Shown here: positions 24,664 to 39,015 of the stretch, piece after piece
How positions within the stretch are numbered: position 1 is the stretch's first letter
Layout: every line of letters starts with the position of its first letter
DNA from: Eledone cirrhosa
Lineage: Eukaryota
NCBI GenBank assembly: GCA_964016885.1
Contig: OZ024743.1
Span: 248,001-312,000, forward strand
DNA length: 64,000 nucleotides
Reading direction: 5' to 3'
Translations under genes and position numbers: made by a program
The notes under the pieces: generated by a model
The model's input: only the letters and a program-made list of their open reading frames with translations
Databases searched by the model: none
What the model was told of the DNA's origin: nothing

Positions 24664-24679
24664 ATTATATTGTGTTGTT

Positions 24680-24718
<39 letters not shown>

Positions 24719-24999
24719 GGGAAACGAAATCGAAAATGCAACTAGAGTCTATTTAAGAATATTTATATATTTCCTTGAACGGTTTCACAGTTCTTATGCT
24801 TCTCAAAAGTAGAACTGACATGGAGGCTTTGTGGTTTGTATCGCATCTAGATTTCTTTTCCTCATACTTTCACCAGTATAGGATATTTCGTTTTTTTTAT
24901 TTAAAAATAACTAATTTTCTTTTATATATATAAATATATATATATGTTATATATTAGTTTTGCGAGGCTTTTGATATGAAATCGTGTGTCTAAACAAAT

Positions 25000-26215
25000 G
25001 TTGTTATACTTGGGGAGGGTCATATTGTTGTAATAATATTTCCAGAATTAATAACAGAACACACTCACTGTTTGGTTGGTTTTCGCTTCTGTGTCTTTTA
25101 TATCGGTTAATTTAATTTATTCGGTCCTCAATGTTACCATTGACTGACCAACGGTAAAAAATACAGATATAATATAGACACAAACACATATATATAGTCT
25201 AACAAAGTTCTTTCGTTGCACATCTGCAACATCGTCAATGGTGCTATTATGTTTCCTCCTGTTGTATTGTATGCCTACGCCATCTTTATTTAGTCTGTTT
25301 ATTTTTTTTGTCTTCTCTGCGCATGCGTTTGCGTGTGTGTATAGTGTTTGATGTGTGTTCGTGTTTGGATGACTGTGTATTGGTTATTGTATTCTATCTT
25401 AGTTTACTAGTGTGTGTTTATATGTGTTTGTTGTTATTGTGCTTGTGTATGTATTTATTTATTTATTTATACTTCTCTTAGCATTGTTTGTTTGGGCGTT
25501 GTTGTTATTCCATTCGATTTTTCATTTTGGCCAAAGTCTTCTAAGTTCTATTTCGTTGGCCTCTCTGATTTGCCTATCTGCTGGGTCATTTCTATGTTTA
25601 GATATTATTTTAATTTCTATGTTGTCTATGTTACCGTTGTGTTGTTGTCAACACCACGAAGGTAACATAGCCAAGGCTAAACAGAAAAAATGAATGGAAT
25701 AACAACAACACCCAAACAAACAATACTGACCTAAGAGAAGTATAAATAAATAAATAAATACATACACAAGCCCAATAACAACAAACACATATAAACACAC
25801 ACTAGTAAACTAAGATAGAATACAATAGCAAATATACAGTCACCGAAACACGAACACACATCAACCACTATACACACACACACAAACGCATGCGCAGAGA
25901 AGACAAAAAAAAATAAACAGACTAAATAAAGATGGCGTAGGCATACAATACAACAGGAGGAAACATAATAGCAGCACTGACGATGTTGCAGATGTGCAAA
26001 GAAAGAACTTTGTTAGACTATATATATGTGTTTGTGACTATATTATATCTGTATTTTTTACCCTTGGTCAGTCAATGGTAACATTGAGGACCGAATAAAT
26101 TAAATTAACCGATATAAAAGACACAGAAGCGAAAACCAACCAAACAGTGAGTGTGTTCTGTTATTAATTCTGGCAATATTATTACAACAATATGACCCTC
26201 CCCAAGTATAACAAT
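25000..26215 (-). mobile_element. PLE 3' fragment with ~520-bp inverted pLTR (arms ~25000-25525 and ~25690-26215)
   Basis: Arms are reverse complements. The spacer on the minus strand reads NIEIKIISKHRNDPADRQIREANEIELRR, which resembles a GIY-YIG C-terminus. Each arm has a hammerhead motif. Confidence 0.7.
25973..26014 (+). ncRNA. Minimal type I hammerhead ribozyme
   Basis: AGCA-CTGACGA-TGTTGCAGATGTGCAAA-GAAAGAACTT-TGTT; mirror copy at ~25201-25242. Confidence 0.6.
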
Positions 26216-26269
26216 ATATATATATATATATATGAAAAGTGTAATTTACTACACAAAACGAAGGTTATA

Positions 26270-26616
26270 GAGAAAATTGAGGTTGGTAATGGCACATGGA
26301 ATATATAAGAGACAGAATACTTTTTTGTGAAAAAACATATAATTTTATAAGGTAAGGAAATAATAAAGGGTATAAAAAATGACCGGTTTCGATGGGTCTG
26401 ACTTGTATTTTAATTTCACTGCCCTAACTTCTTATATTATGGAAACAATATATGTGTATGTATGTATATATATATATTTGGAGGCCATTTCTCTGTGTGT
26501 GGGTGTATGTATGTGTATATGTGTGTGTGTGTGTGTGTGCATGTGGATGTATGTATTGTGTGCGTGTGTGTGTGTGTGTGTGTATGTATGTGTGTATCTG
26601 GATGTATGCGTATGTG

Positions 26617-26648
<32 letters not shown>

Positions 26649-26650
26649 AG

Positions 26651-26681
<31 letters not shown>

Positions 26682-26686
26682 ATATG

Positions 26687-26732
<46 letters not shown>

Positions 26733-26896
26733 TATGTATATATATGTGTGTGTGTATGTATGTGTGGCTGTGTGTGTGTGTATATATATGTGTATGTATA
26801 TGTGTGTATATATATGTATGTACACATATATATATATATGTGTGTGTGTGTGTGTATGTATGTATGTGTGTATCTGGATGTATGTGTATGTATATA

Positions 26897-26935
<39 letters not shown>

Positions 26936-27010
26936 GTGTGTGTATGTGCATATATGTGTGTGTGTGTATGTGTGTATGTATATGTATGTGTGTGTGTGTA
27001 TGTATGTGTG

Positions 27011-27055
<45 letters not shown>

Positions 27056-27545
27056 ATGTACGTGTGGATGAAGGTATGTGTGTATATGTAGGTGTAAGTG
27101 CACTAAATCCCTTTCTATCACGCTCCACTCTCCTACCCACCACAGGAAGATATATGTATGTATATTGCTTCCACCCCCTCACTGACCAGCAGCTGGCCTT
27201 CTGGCCATTGCTAAATTTGACCTTTATAAAATAACCCACACCCCAAATAACTTCTCATTCACTACCAGAAGCAGTCAACGAGTTGCTACCAAGATGAAAA
27301 CTACTATGAAATCCCACAATGAATTCTATACTTGAATTTTCAAATCTCAAATTTTAACTCTTCTTATTATTAATTTTTCTTAATATTAATCAACATTTGA
27401 AAAGATGGCTTTTGCAGACCCATCGAAACCGGTCATTTTTTATACCCTTTATTATTTCCTTACCTTATAAAATTATATGTTTTTTCACAAAAAAGTATTC
27501 TGTCTCTTATATATTCCATGTGCCATTACCAACCTCAATTTTCTC
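26270..27545. mobile_element. Inverted-repeat unit (26270-26399 / 27414-27545) around a mixed microsatellite; probable PLE pLTR
   Basis: AGAGAAAATTGAGGTTGG...GATGGGTCTG is the reverse complement of CAGACCCATCG...CCTCAATTTTCTCT. Confidence 0.65.
27392..27439 (+). ncRNA. Hammerhead-like motif with U3-A8 core (TTGAAAA)
   Basis: AACAT-TTGAAAA-GATGG..CCATC-GAAACCGGTC-ATTTT; GUC triplet, palindromic stem III. Confidence 0.55.
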
Positions 27546-27658
27546 TCTCTATATACTGTATATATATATACATAAAAGGTAAACAGAAATAACAACACAA
27601 TTGGTACAGTATATGGAAAAGATATATTAGGTTAACGCTTGATATAGCAGGAGGAGGG

Positions 27659-27693
27659 CTTTAACGTTTCGGACGCTAGTCCTTCATCAGAAG
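27659..27693 (-). ncRNA. Minimal type I hammerhead ribozyme
   Basis: Minus strand CTT-CTGATGA-AGGACTAGCGTCC-GAAACGTTA-AAG. Decayed relatives occur at ~41990-42025 (+, with shared downstream flank) and ~63727-63755. Confidence 0.72.
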
Positions 27694-27751
27694 AAAGAAT
27701 GGGAAATAAGATAGATTGAGGGGACGGATGTGTTGGAATTGGGAAAAAATG

Positions 27752-27792
<41 letters not shown>

Positions 27793-27828
27793 ATTCAGAA
27801 GCAGAATTTGAAGACTTGCATGCGTGAG

Positions 27829-27918
<90 letters not shown>

Positions 27919-28223
27919 AGATTAGCTACCGCAACATGTACATATAGTAATATTAATTAATAGCTAAGACAGGATTTTATTGTTTTATATTTGATGTTTT
28001 GCTATTATTGTCGTTATTACACGTATATTAATTAATTTATTGATTGATTACTTTCTTTAACCTTATTATTAGAATTCCAAAGATGATAGTAGTGTGTCAG
28101 TTGCAGGAATGGTCATGTGCCAAAGTATGTAGGCTTCACAGCAATTAGTAACATTCTTTCATGTTCTCAGTACAAATACCGCGAGGTCGATTTTACATTT
28201 TAATATTTTGTTGTATATATATA

Positions 28224-28300
<77 letters not shown>

Positions 28301-29001
28301 CGTAAAATACTATCAACTGAGGAAGCCTTAACTGTCGCAAATAGTTCCTGGGAAATGAATTCTGAAAGCAAAACGTTGTACATACTTCCAAAGAGACAGA
28401 GTAGTTACGGCTAATACAAATCCTCCTAGGGGGAATCTGTGTACAGCAATGTACTAAGAAGTTGCAGTTAATAGATTTTTAGAGAGCTAAATTTAATTTG
28501 GACTATAGGAAGTAGTTAGATTTGCTGTGTCGTTTTATTAAATTCTAAACATGATCCCTTAACCAGCAAGTTAGCTAGTCAGTAGAGTATCCGGTGTTGA
28601 TTGAAATAACTCTTTTAATTACGTTAATTAATTAGTTATATATCCCGCAAACATTTCCAGTTCTTTTTGCAATTCCTAGAGCACCTCTTGATCTTAGATT
28701 AAAAATATCAGCAGCTGTGTGGGATAAATTAACTATTTAGGCTGTTGACTAAATTTAATCTCAACGCTCTCTCTTCACGCATCATATCGACATTACTTTA
28801 ATGTCTATTCTCTGGTTTCTGGTCAAATCATTTAAATAGATCAAGGTCTCTATCTAATTTCCTATGTGTGATAGTTTGTAGAATTGTGTCTCATATCGAG
28901 TGTACTAAGTGATTCTATTCATATACCATTCTATCGTGTTTGTCTGGGACTTGATGTAATATTTATCAAGTCGAACGAAAAGTAGAAAATAGCAATATCA
29001 T

Positions 29002-29177
29002 GTGAGTAACTCTTTGAAAATAGTAATACCATATGAGTGACTCTTTGTGAGTAACTCTTTGAAAATAGTAATACCATATGAGTGACTCTTTGTGAGTGAC
29101 TCTTTGAAAATAGTAATACCATATGAGTGACTCTTTGTGAGTGACTCTTTGAAAATAGTAATACCATGTGAGTGACT
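29002..29177. repeat. 45-bp tandem repeat, ~4 copies
   Basis: GTGAGT(A/G)ACTCTTTGAAAATAGTAATACCATATGAGTGACTCTTT repeated. Confidence 0.9.
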
Positions 29178-30744
29178 ACGTACGGATTCACGAAGGGTGA
29201 AGATACTCTTCAGTATATTATATGTACGAGAGTGAAGAAACACTTGAATAGAGATACAGTGGAGTGCGGATACTCCAGAAGTAAGCTACACTGGAGTGGC
29301 ATTATAAAGAAATGCAATATAAATAGGTTGAAGGGAGTCAGCAGAACATAGTTCATGTGACACTCCAAGAAAACTGATAGTGGTTTAATAAACCTGGATC
29401 TTTACTCAACTAATTATGTAAACTTTTCATTTAAGGATTTTTATGAGACCAAGGGACGGGAAATTTGCAATTTTGATGATTCCCCCACCCCAAATATTGC
29501 AAAGCTATACCGGAGTTGTGCCCTCATTGTGGGTGCATAAAGAAAAACAATTAGATTGGTGTGGCGATTCAAGAAGCTCAGTTGCTGGACTTGTGGCAGT
29601 AAGTGCCATTTGTGGACTTTCTAACAAGTGAAACTGGAAAAACACGATAAAAGTAAACGACGGAGAACAGTAATGATTGTTAACATCGTAGTTGTTTATG
29701 ATTTAGTGTTCATCTAATGATTCAAAAGAAGAATAAACAACAGTAGTTGATCCAACGTTTTTTTTCAAATCAATTGGAGTAGTGAACGTGACACTTCGAA
29801 CCCGCTAGTTTAACACCGTTGCCCCTGTTTACGGCAAGGGGATTATTTATATCTCACGAAAACCTGTTTATATTTCCAACAAATCAGATATATTGCCACA
29901 TCTTGGTGATGGACACACCACAGTACCGTTGACAGGAATTCAAGACGATGGTCACTTGCTAGACTGTGTTCAGTACGCATCGACGCAGGTATTCTTTTTG
30001 ATGTATTTAGGAGATTAATGAAGTAAAAATTAATTCTAACTTTATGACTATTTTTCGTGGTAATGGCGTCTGTAGCTACTTTCCAACAATTCTTATAATA
30101 CTATTTGACGCATTTCTATTTACATTATTTTACATCGAAATACGAATACTCTTATCATTAATTTGGCAAGCAAGGTGAAGGCTATGATTCACTGAAGAGG
30201 TTTAGTAATTTGTTTACCACAATACATTAAGTATAGTGGCACTAACTTGACCGAAATGATAGTAAATAACAAACTTTGTAAAACGAGAGCAATGGTGGTA
30301 AAATATTTTACGTGGGCCATTGTTTATATATCCTTTAATTTTTATTTAGATTAGCATATTATCATATTATATATCGTATATCGGCAGCGAATTGGCAGAG
30401 TCGTTACATCGTCGAATAGACTAGCTCACGGTATTGGCCCCTGCTTTCAGCACAAATTCAACCGAGATCAGTTCGACTTTCCTCTTTCTGGGGGTTGTTA
30501 ACTGCCATTGAAGCACTGGAATTAACTTCTCTCTATCTCTCCCCCATTCTCTCCCCGCCCCCTCTCTTTCTTTCTGAATCGGTTACGTTGAGAAATGTCA
30601 TGGGAGAATACTTACAACGTCAATTTCTCCTGAAATAGAGAAGGGTTTTGTAATTAGGGCTAACAACCTACTCTATCAGAAAAAAAAAAAAAATCTGATA
30701 TGTTACAGAAACCGTCCAGTAGTGCATAGAAGAGAAAAATAATT

Positions 30745-30955
30745 TCTACTTTTGGCACAAGGCCAGTAATTTGGGTGGAGGGGAATGTTGATTAAATCGA
30801 CCCTAGTTCTTGAATAGTCATCTAGCTTATCGATCCCGAGAGAATGATAGACAAAGTTACATCGACGAAATGTGAACTGAGAATGTAAAGAGCTGGAACA
30901 AATATGACTAAGCATTTGTCTAGCCATCTAACAACTCTGCTATTCCACCACCTTG
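30745..30955 (-). mobile_element. tRNA-derived SINE
   Basis: TTTTGGCACAAGGCCAG...TATCGATCCCGAGAGAATGA...TTCCACCACC. Confidence 0.65.
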
Positions 30956-32519
30956 ACACAGTAATATAATTTTAAAAATTATCATAGTATATCAGTACAA
31001 CCAAAATCTCTACAAATTACTAACGGTTATCTAGATTCCTTCTTTTTTTTTTTGATGAATCGTTTAGAATAAGCTTCATCTTTGTGAGTACTACAAGTTA
31101 AATCAAATGTTATATAGAGATATATACAGGTATCACTATACTGGACCGGTGTTAAATAAAGCGAAATGAAAAGAAGTATGTGGTAGCCGTACGCAGACTG
31201 AGATTACGTTATAAAACAAGGGAGCGATTGAGATTGAATTGAAAATAAACAAAGACGGAGGATGAGAGATGGGGAGAGTGGGAGATACGGATGCAGTGAT
31301 AGTGGGAGTTTGATTCCTTTGTGTTCGGACATGGTGTATATGTGTATATATTTATGTTGTAGAAACATTCAATCACACACCAGTCTTCTCCCACTTTTCC
31401 TATTCTACCATGATTTCGATGACCTCTATTTGTCGGAGCATGATGGTCTCGTGCTACCACCTAGGCTTTCCCACACACTCTCTCCCCACTTAGTATGTAA
31501 AAAACCACATGTTCCACAATAACCACTATGCCATGTCCAGTCTTCCCCAGATGTCGTCTCACTGAAATGTTCTTCCTCCAGACCAAACGAGAACAAGAAA
31601 AATTGAATGCTGATATTATTAGGTTTTCTGCTGTTAGTTCAGATTAGAGCGTTGAAACTACGGCCAGCAAGTTTTGTTTTTGTATATCTTGTATTAAATT
31701 AATGTTCTATGCGTCTTCCATGTTAAAAATTATAACTTATCACTAGAATGTGACCAGACTACTAAGATTAGCAGGTCGAACAACCGTGCAGAGACTCCCC
31801 CATTGGCTCAATTTTAGATTGTATATACCCTATACAGCTAACGCAATGAGAGAAAAGGAGGAGGGTAGGAGAAAATAAAAATAGAAAGAAAAGAAAGCTA
31901 TGTGGGAGTGGGTAAGAGATATGGCTAAAGAATGAAATAGAGAACAGTGTATGAACAGAGTATGAAAAGAGTTTAAAAGCGATAGAGAAAGATCATGAAA
32001 AAGGTTTAAAGATGAGAAAGGAAAAGAAAATGAGAGAGAGATGGAGAGAGAGAGAGAGAGAGAGGGGGGAGGCGGGGCGCATAAAAAGATTGTAAAATAA
32101 ATATGCAACATCTTGGGTACTGAAAGCTGTAGGGAGGCGTCAAAACTAATTTTGACCGCAACAATGTCATTTAGAAGACTACACTACATTGCATCTGGCA
32201 CCACTATACTTTCAGTAAATGTAAAAGAGTAGATTTAAGATTACTTTGCCTACAGTTTTGGTATGTTATCCGCTGCACCTTATAGATAAACAAATTAACA
32301 AAGGACAGTCAGAAATGGAAAAAAAAAAATAGTGCAAAATATATATAATAGTTAATAAAACATAATAAAACAAGTCCGATGAGAGTAAGTGGAAGAATAT
32401 GTTTATTATGTTGCCAGGAGTTGCAAACCAGGAAAGAGTTAGTGAGAGTAATAAAATAGGAGTGGGCTGGTGTCGAACGTTTTAGTTTTGTTGCTTTAAG
32501 TGCGACGTGAAATAATGAT

Positions 32520-32730
32520 TTTTAATTTTGGCACAAGGCCAGAAATTTGTGGGCAGGGGAAAGTGGATTATATCGAACTCACTACTTGACTAATATTTTA
32601 TTTTATTGAGCCCGGAAAGATGAAAGCAAAATTGGCCTCGGCAGGATTTGAACGCATAGCGTAGAAATTCGTAACTAAATATAGCAAAGCACTTTGTTCA
32701 ACGCACTAACGATTCTGTCGTCACCACGCA
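32520..32730 (-). mobile_element. tRNA-derived SINE
   Basis: TTTTGGCACAAGGCCAG...CCTCGGCAGGATTTGAAC...CTAACGATTCTG. Confidence 0.65.
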
Positions 32731-33340
32731 AACTTAATATAGTGATAATAACGATAGAAACAAAGTATGTTTTATTGAACTCGCAGTTTTACTATAAATA
32801 TTGTGATAAAAGAATTCAATTCTGCATGAGGTGGTCGAAGTTTTAGTCAGCAGATGCGTTCTTTATTAAACGGGAAGCTAGGTAAATATTCTAGATGCGT
32901 GGTGCGTCCCTGAGAAACATATACATATATACTAGGTTCGAACGGAAATCTTTGAATAATTTTGTAATATTTCTGTAAATATAGTGTCATTACATTTGAA
33001 AAGTTTTATAACTACCATAAAACCATTCAGTAAACAAATAAAAATGTTAATGGGTCGACGGAAAATGTTAGGAAGCAAAGTCATACTGATTTTCCCTAAA
33101 ATTATATTAAGGTGTACACGTGTGTAGAATAGTCAGCCACTTATATATTAAGTCAATGACTAGGCAAAAGCGTTGGTGAAACAATAAAAAAGCCATTGTT
33201 GAAACCGGTGCAGAGAATTAATTCAGTTTTAAAAATATATCATTAGTTTATTGTTTTAAAATTGGATTATAAAGAATATATTGTTTTTTAAAAACTTGAT
33301 TTTGTTTCAGTGAAAAGCACACATGCACACACACGCACAT

Positions 33341-33380
<40 letters not shown>

Positions 33381-33418
33381 ACACACATACACACACACAC
33401 ACACACATACACACACGC

Positions 33419-33468
<50 letters not shown>

Positions 33469-33573
33469 CGGAGGAGATGTGTCTAAGGAACCTGGTGGAC
33501 CATAACGCACCAAAGTACTCAATACTTAGGGTAGTAGAGTGGGTAATAGGAACGAGTAGGACCCCTACTCGTT

Positions 33574-33624
<51 letters not shown>

Positions 33625-33756
33625 ATAATAATAAAATTGAAGACTAAAATCCAAAGAGGGCTCGATAAGGAAAATATAATATCTTCTGAAGGGTGAAAGC
33701 AGCGATTCTTTGCTTAAACTTTAATCTGTTATATTAATAAATATATATATATATAT

Positions 33757-34217
33757 ATTGTTATACTTTGGGAGGGTCATATTGCCAATAAGAAACACAC
33801 GCACCAGTTGCTTTCACTTCAATTTATTATATATTTATAAATTTATAAATTTACAAATTTACAAACTTATAAATTTCTGGTTAATGAACACAAACACACA
33901 CAGACACCCGGATGTGGCGCATGCGCAAACTGAGCACACAACACACACACAGAAACAAAATGGCGTAGGATAGAAGAAAGGAAAGGCACAGAAACAAAGA
34001 AAGGAATCCCCAGTCACTGAAGAGGTCACAGAGTGTGTGACGAAAGGACTATGACTATATATAAACAACTATCTGGTTGTGGAACCAACCAACCAGAAAT
34101 TTATAAGTTTGTAAATTTGTAAATTTATAAATTTATAAATATATAATAAATTGAAGTGAAAGCAACTGGTGCGTGTGTTTCTTATTGGCAATATGACTCT
34201 CCCAAAGTATAACAATA
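33757..34217. mobile_element. Inverted-repeat pLTR-like unit (arms ~33757-33882 / ~34092-34217), related to 25000-26215
   Basis: Shared terminus TTGTTATACTT(T/G)GGGAGGGTCATATTG; contains a hammerhead. Confidence 0.65.
34012..34056 (+). ncRNA. Minimal type I hammerhead ribozyme
   Basis: AGTCA-CTGAAGA-GGTCACAGAGTGTGTGAC-GAAAGGACTA-TGACT. Confidence 0.68.
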
Positions 34218-35157
34218 TCGGTTTCAACACACGATTTCAGATAAAGAATCTTGCTAAACAAATTCAGAAACGAAATATATATATATATATATATACATAT
34301 ATATATGGTTTCTAATTTAAGCACAAGGCCTGCAATTTAAAGGGATGTAGAAAGTCGATGAAATCAACTCCAGTACATTACTGGTACTTTATTTTATCGA
34401 CCTTATAAGGAGGAATTTCTTGGCCTTTTTCTTTGTAATATGCATAACACTCAAGTACTATTTTTCTCTTTTCTTTTGTGTGCAATTTTGTATGTATGTA
34501 TGTATGTATGTATGTATGTATGTATGTATGTATGTATGTATGTATGTATGTATGTATGTATGTATAGACACAAAGGACTTGAATAGACATTTATTTAAAA
34601 CTGCCACATAAGTCTCGTTGTCTCTTCGTCTGTCATCATGCCCCTATACATACATACAAAATTGCACACAAAAGACAAAAAGGAAAATAGTACTTGAGTG
34701 TTATGTATATCACAAAGCTAGAAAAGAAAAATATGGCATCACAGTCCAAGAAAAAAGCTATTTATTATTATAAAAATATCAAGTGTCACGTTTACCTGTT
34801 GATTATTGATTGTCTATTGTTCGTATGGGCTCCACCAAGAATGACCTACAGTCGGCGTTTGTCTATACGGCGTACCTCGGGCACCCTCGGAAGTTATAGT
34901 ACCATACATACAATTGTTCGTATGCTCAAATGCACAATGAATAGATATCAGCTGAAGCGTAACATATATATATATCAGTCACGTTCACAGTTGATTTCAT
35001 ATTTGAATAGTTGACTGAATAAAAATGATGGCTCCCCGACACCATTCAGCTATAGCTATGATATAAATAGCTGACAACACCAACGAAGAAAAAGTGCAAA
35101 CTGAAAATGTCTGTGTAAGAACAATGATAGTATGTGTGTGTAAGTGTAAATGTGCCT

Positions 35158-35206
<49 letters not shown>

Positions 35207-35301
35207 TTTTGAGTTTATGTTGGTTGTATACCAACATCTCAGTATGCAGGCTGGAGCACTCGACGAAGTGCGCAGGTTGGTTTGGTTACTCCGGAGTAGT
35301 G

Positions 35302-35554
35302 TAAAATAAAGTTAAATAAAAGTCAAATGATTAAAATTTAGCTTCGTTTATTACTGCTATATATATTTCAGTGACAGCCATCTTTGGCTGTGACCTCTTC
35401 AGGCAGTTTGAACACCTAAACAACATATGTACTTGTCTATACTATACTAATTCAAACTGCCTGAAGAGGTCACAGCCAAAGATGGCTGTCACTGAAATAT
35501 ATATAGCAGTAATAAACGAAGCTAAATTTTAATCATTTGACTTTTATTTAACTT

Positions 35555-35561
<7 letters not shown>
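35302..35561. mobile_element. Palindromic unit (111-bp arms, 38-bp spacer), one hammerhead per arm
   Basis: 35302-35412 is the reverse complement of 35451-35561. Confidence 0.8.
35456..35510 (+). ncRNA. Type I hammerhead ribozyme (mirror copy 35353-35407, minus strand)
   Basis: ACTGC-CTGAAGA-GGTCACAGCCA..TGGCTGTCACT-GAAATATATATA-GCAGT. Confidence 0.8.
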
Positions 35562-35612
<51 letters not shown>

Positions 35613-35780
35613 CGAAGGAAGTGTGGTAAGGAACCAGATGTACTCAATACTTAGCGTAGTAGAGTGGGTAATAGGCAAAAGTTTAACCCCGACGGCAGAG
35701 CTAAAGCCGTCTCCACGGCTATTTCGTCCAGAAATAGCCGTCGAAACGGCTTGAGCTCTGCCGTCGGGGTTAAACATTTG

Positions 35781-35831
<51 letters not shown>

Positions 35832-35888
35832 AATGTGTAAGTTTGCGTGCAGCGCCTGTTTGTGTTGCTATGTATATACATATGTATG

Positions 35889-35959
<71 letters not shown>

Positions 35960-36084
35960 GATGATATGAGGACTCAAGAATGAGTACTTAATACCGAAAT
36001 AGAGACTATTTCTTGAGTCTAATAATATTCTTTATGACGGCTAGAATCGGTACACTAGGGGGTTTCCCGGGTGTTCTCACGGGC

Positions 36085-36338
36085 TCAAAAGTGACACAGA
36101 GGAGACTGAGGTTAGCTGGACATGCTCACCGACATCCAGAGTTGAGATTGCACTCAGTGCTCCTGTGGGAACCCCAACATCGACACACTGGAAGTGGGAA
36201 GACCAAGATTAACGTATGTTGATGCCCTAATGACAGACACTGGTCTGTTAGATACGCAGGACATGGCTGCGATAATGAGGGACAGAGACCGCTGGAGAGA
36301 ATTCGTCCATGGATCTCGGGAATTTTACCCGCCCTAGA

Positions 36339-36342
<4 letters not shown>
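36085..36342 (+). mobile_element. 3' end of an RTE/RTEX-like LINE
   Basis: RRLRLAGHAHRHPE...VLLWEP, then after a frameshift GRPRLTYVDALMTDTG...MRDRDRWREFV; ends in (TA)n. Confidence 0.75.
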
Positions 36343-36426
<84 letters not shown>

Positions 36427-36794
36427 GTATATATATATTTATGTGTGTGTGTGTGTGTTGTGGCTTCTGATTTGCTGGTTTCGTACTACTTTCAAGACAG
36501 TCTTGACCAACTCATCCCTGATTGACGCGCATACACATACAGCAGTCACTCACACACACATACACACACACAAACACACACAGACAGACACAATGACAGA
36601 AACAAACACATATGTAGGTGTGTATATATGAGTGTATGAGTATAAGTGTATATATATGTGTATCTATAGACATATATATATATATATATATATGTGTGAG
36701 TGTGTGTATGTGTGTGTATGTGTACGTGTGCATGTATGTGTGTGTTTGTCAGGGTATGAGTGTATATATATACATATATATAAATATATATATG

Positions 36795-36889
<95 letters not shown>

Positions 36890-36917
36890 TGTTTTTTGTG
36901 CGTACGTAGTTTATGTA

Positions 36918-37073
<156 letters not shown>

Positions 37074-37087
37074 AATATATATATGTA

Positions 37088-37135
<48 letters not shown>

Positions 37136-37416
37136 TACATAAACTACGTACGCACAAAAAACAACCTAAAAATGTAACTGATAGGTTCCCACCAAAGCAA
37201 AACACAAACAACAAGAAAAATAGACAAAATAAACAAAGAAATGACTGAATTCACTTCTTACAAAGACCTCTGTATCTCTTTCTCCAGAATTAGTAATAAG
37301 TGAAATGAAATAAATTAGAGAAGGTGTAAAACTCTCGCCTTGCTCAACCGTGGCCTTTCTCTTCCACCTGAATTGTTTGGTAGACAAGGATATTCTCATT
37401 CTTGCAGCTTTATAGT

Positions 37417-37476
<60 letters not shown>

Positions 37477-37519
37477 GACGAAACATAAGTCAATTGCATG
37501 AATTCATAATCCTTTATTT

Positions 37520-37575
37520 ACTGCTATATATATTTCGATGATAGCCATTGAATGGCTATGACCTCATCAGGCAGT
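37520..37575 (-). ncRNA. Type I hammerhead ribozyme (same family as 35456)
   Basis: Minus strand ACTGC-CTGATGA-GGTCATAGCCATTCAATGGCTATCATC-GAAATATATATA-GCAGT; stem II covaries with the 35456 copy (CAGCC/GGCTG vs TAGCC/GGCTA). Confidence 0.8.
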
Positions 37576-37634
37576 TAGTCAGTTCTTAGATATGCCACCT
37601 CTGTGTTTATAGTGTTGATGGTATCAGAGCCTTG

Positions 37635-37673
<39 letters not shown>

Positions 37674-38179
37674 CCCGTATAAATTTGCACTATATATATA
37701 TATATATATATATTAATAGAATCAAATTCCCCCTTCTGCAATTGTCTGAAGATCTTCACGGATTCATCCTTTAGTGCAATTTTTTCATATGTAATTAAGT
37801 GTGTATGTAGCTGCAGCATGGCCGAAAGTTCCTGGGTCCGATCACTATGCTTGAGTTCTTGGTCATTGTCATTTACCTTACACTCACGTCGACCCATGCA
37901 TTCTGAGTGAAATTGGATAGACGAAAGCTGTTGGGAATCCTGTCGGATGAATTGTACCTGTAATTCAAATACCAGCCTTGCCACACCCTGAATAGCTCAG
38001 CCACTTCCACTATTATTCGTGGATTGAATAACTGGAATGGACATCTTAAAATGCGACGCAGATCCGTTACTATATTTACATATGGCGTTCACAGACTATA
38101 CATCATGCACGTGCTTTTATATACATATACGCACAGACACACATAATATCTGTATATATATGTGTATAAGTATAACACA

Positions 38180-38220
<41 letters not shown>

Positions 38221-38723
38221 AGACACACACACACACACACACACAACACACACATTACATATATATATATATATATATATATTCATTATATATATATAAT
38301 ATTGAGTCTTGTTACTCTGAAGTTTTGCTTCTTTATCCTAAGGTTATCAGGCAAGAGTTATTTTATGATGTCCTGATGTCCATGTGATAAAAAGGCAAAA
38401 CTCCAGAGTAACGAGACTCATTATTTAGCCATAAAAAAATGAATATTAAAACTCTTCTTCGGTATTGAGTTCTCTTTGGATATATATAAACAGAAAAAAA
38501 TGTATGCTTATGTATGAATATATATATATATATAGGAACGAGTAGGACCCCGACGGCTGAGCTCAAGACGTTTCGACGGCTAAGTATTGAGTACTTTGGT
38601 GCGTTATGGTCCTTCGTTATATATATATGTATATATATATATATATAAGTATTGAAATTTCCGTTGGAAACAGAAAAGGTCATAGAAATATAATATATAT
38701 AATAATATATATATATATATATA

Positions 38724-39015
38724 TATTATAAAATAACAGGAGGCTGGGCTGGTGTAATTGCTTAAAAGGTTTATTATACTATGATCATTTCAATGACCGG
38801 GTTCAGTATGAATCCGGTGACGTCATCAGGTATTAGAAATATCCTCATGTCTCTGATTTTTAGCCCCATGGATTTTGTCTATTATATTCATTTGTTATAT
38901 TTCGAATACCTGATGATATCACCGGATTCATACTGAACCCGGTCATTGAAATGTTCATAGTATAATAAACCTTTTAAGGAATTACACCAGTCCAGCCTCC
39001 TGTTATTTTATAATA
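38724..39015. mobile_element. Palindromic unit with hammerheads at 38776-38833 (-) and 38906-38963 (+)
   Basis: ATAC-CTGATGA-...ACCGG..CCGGT...-GAAATG(T/A)TCATA-GTAT in both arms. Confidence 0.75.

Noticed and set aside
26379-27239. Long ORFs rich in YI/CV/HT (also 5595-6251, 36546-37214, 39472-40075, 61637-63082)
   Set aside because: These are translations of dinucleotide and tetranucleotide microsatellites.
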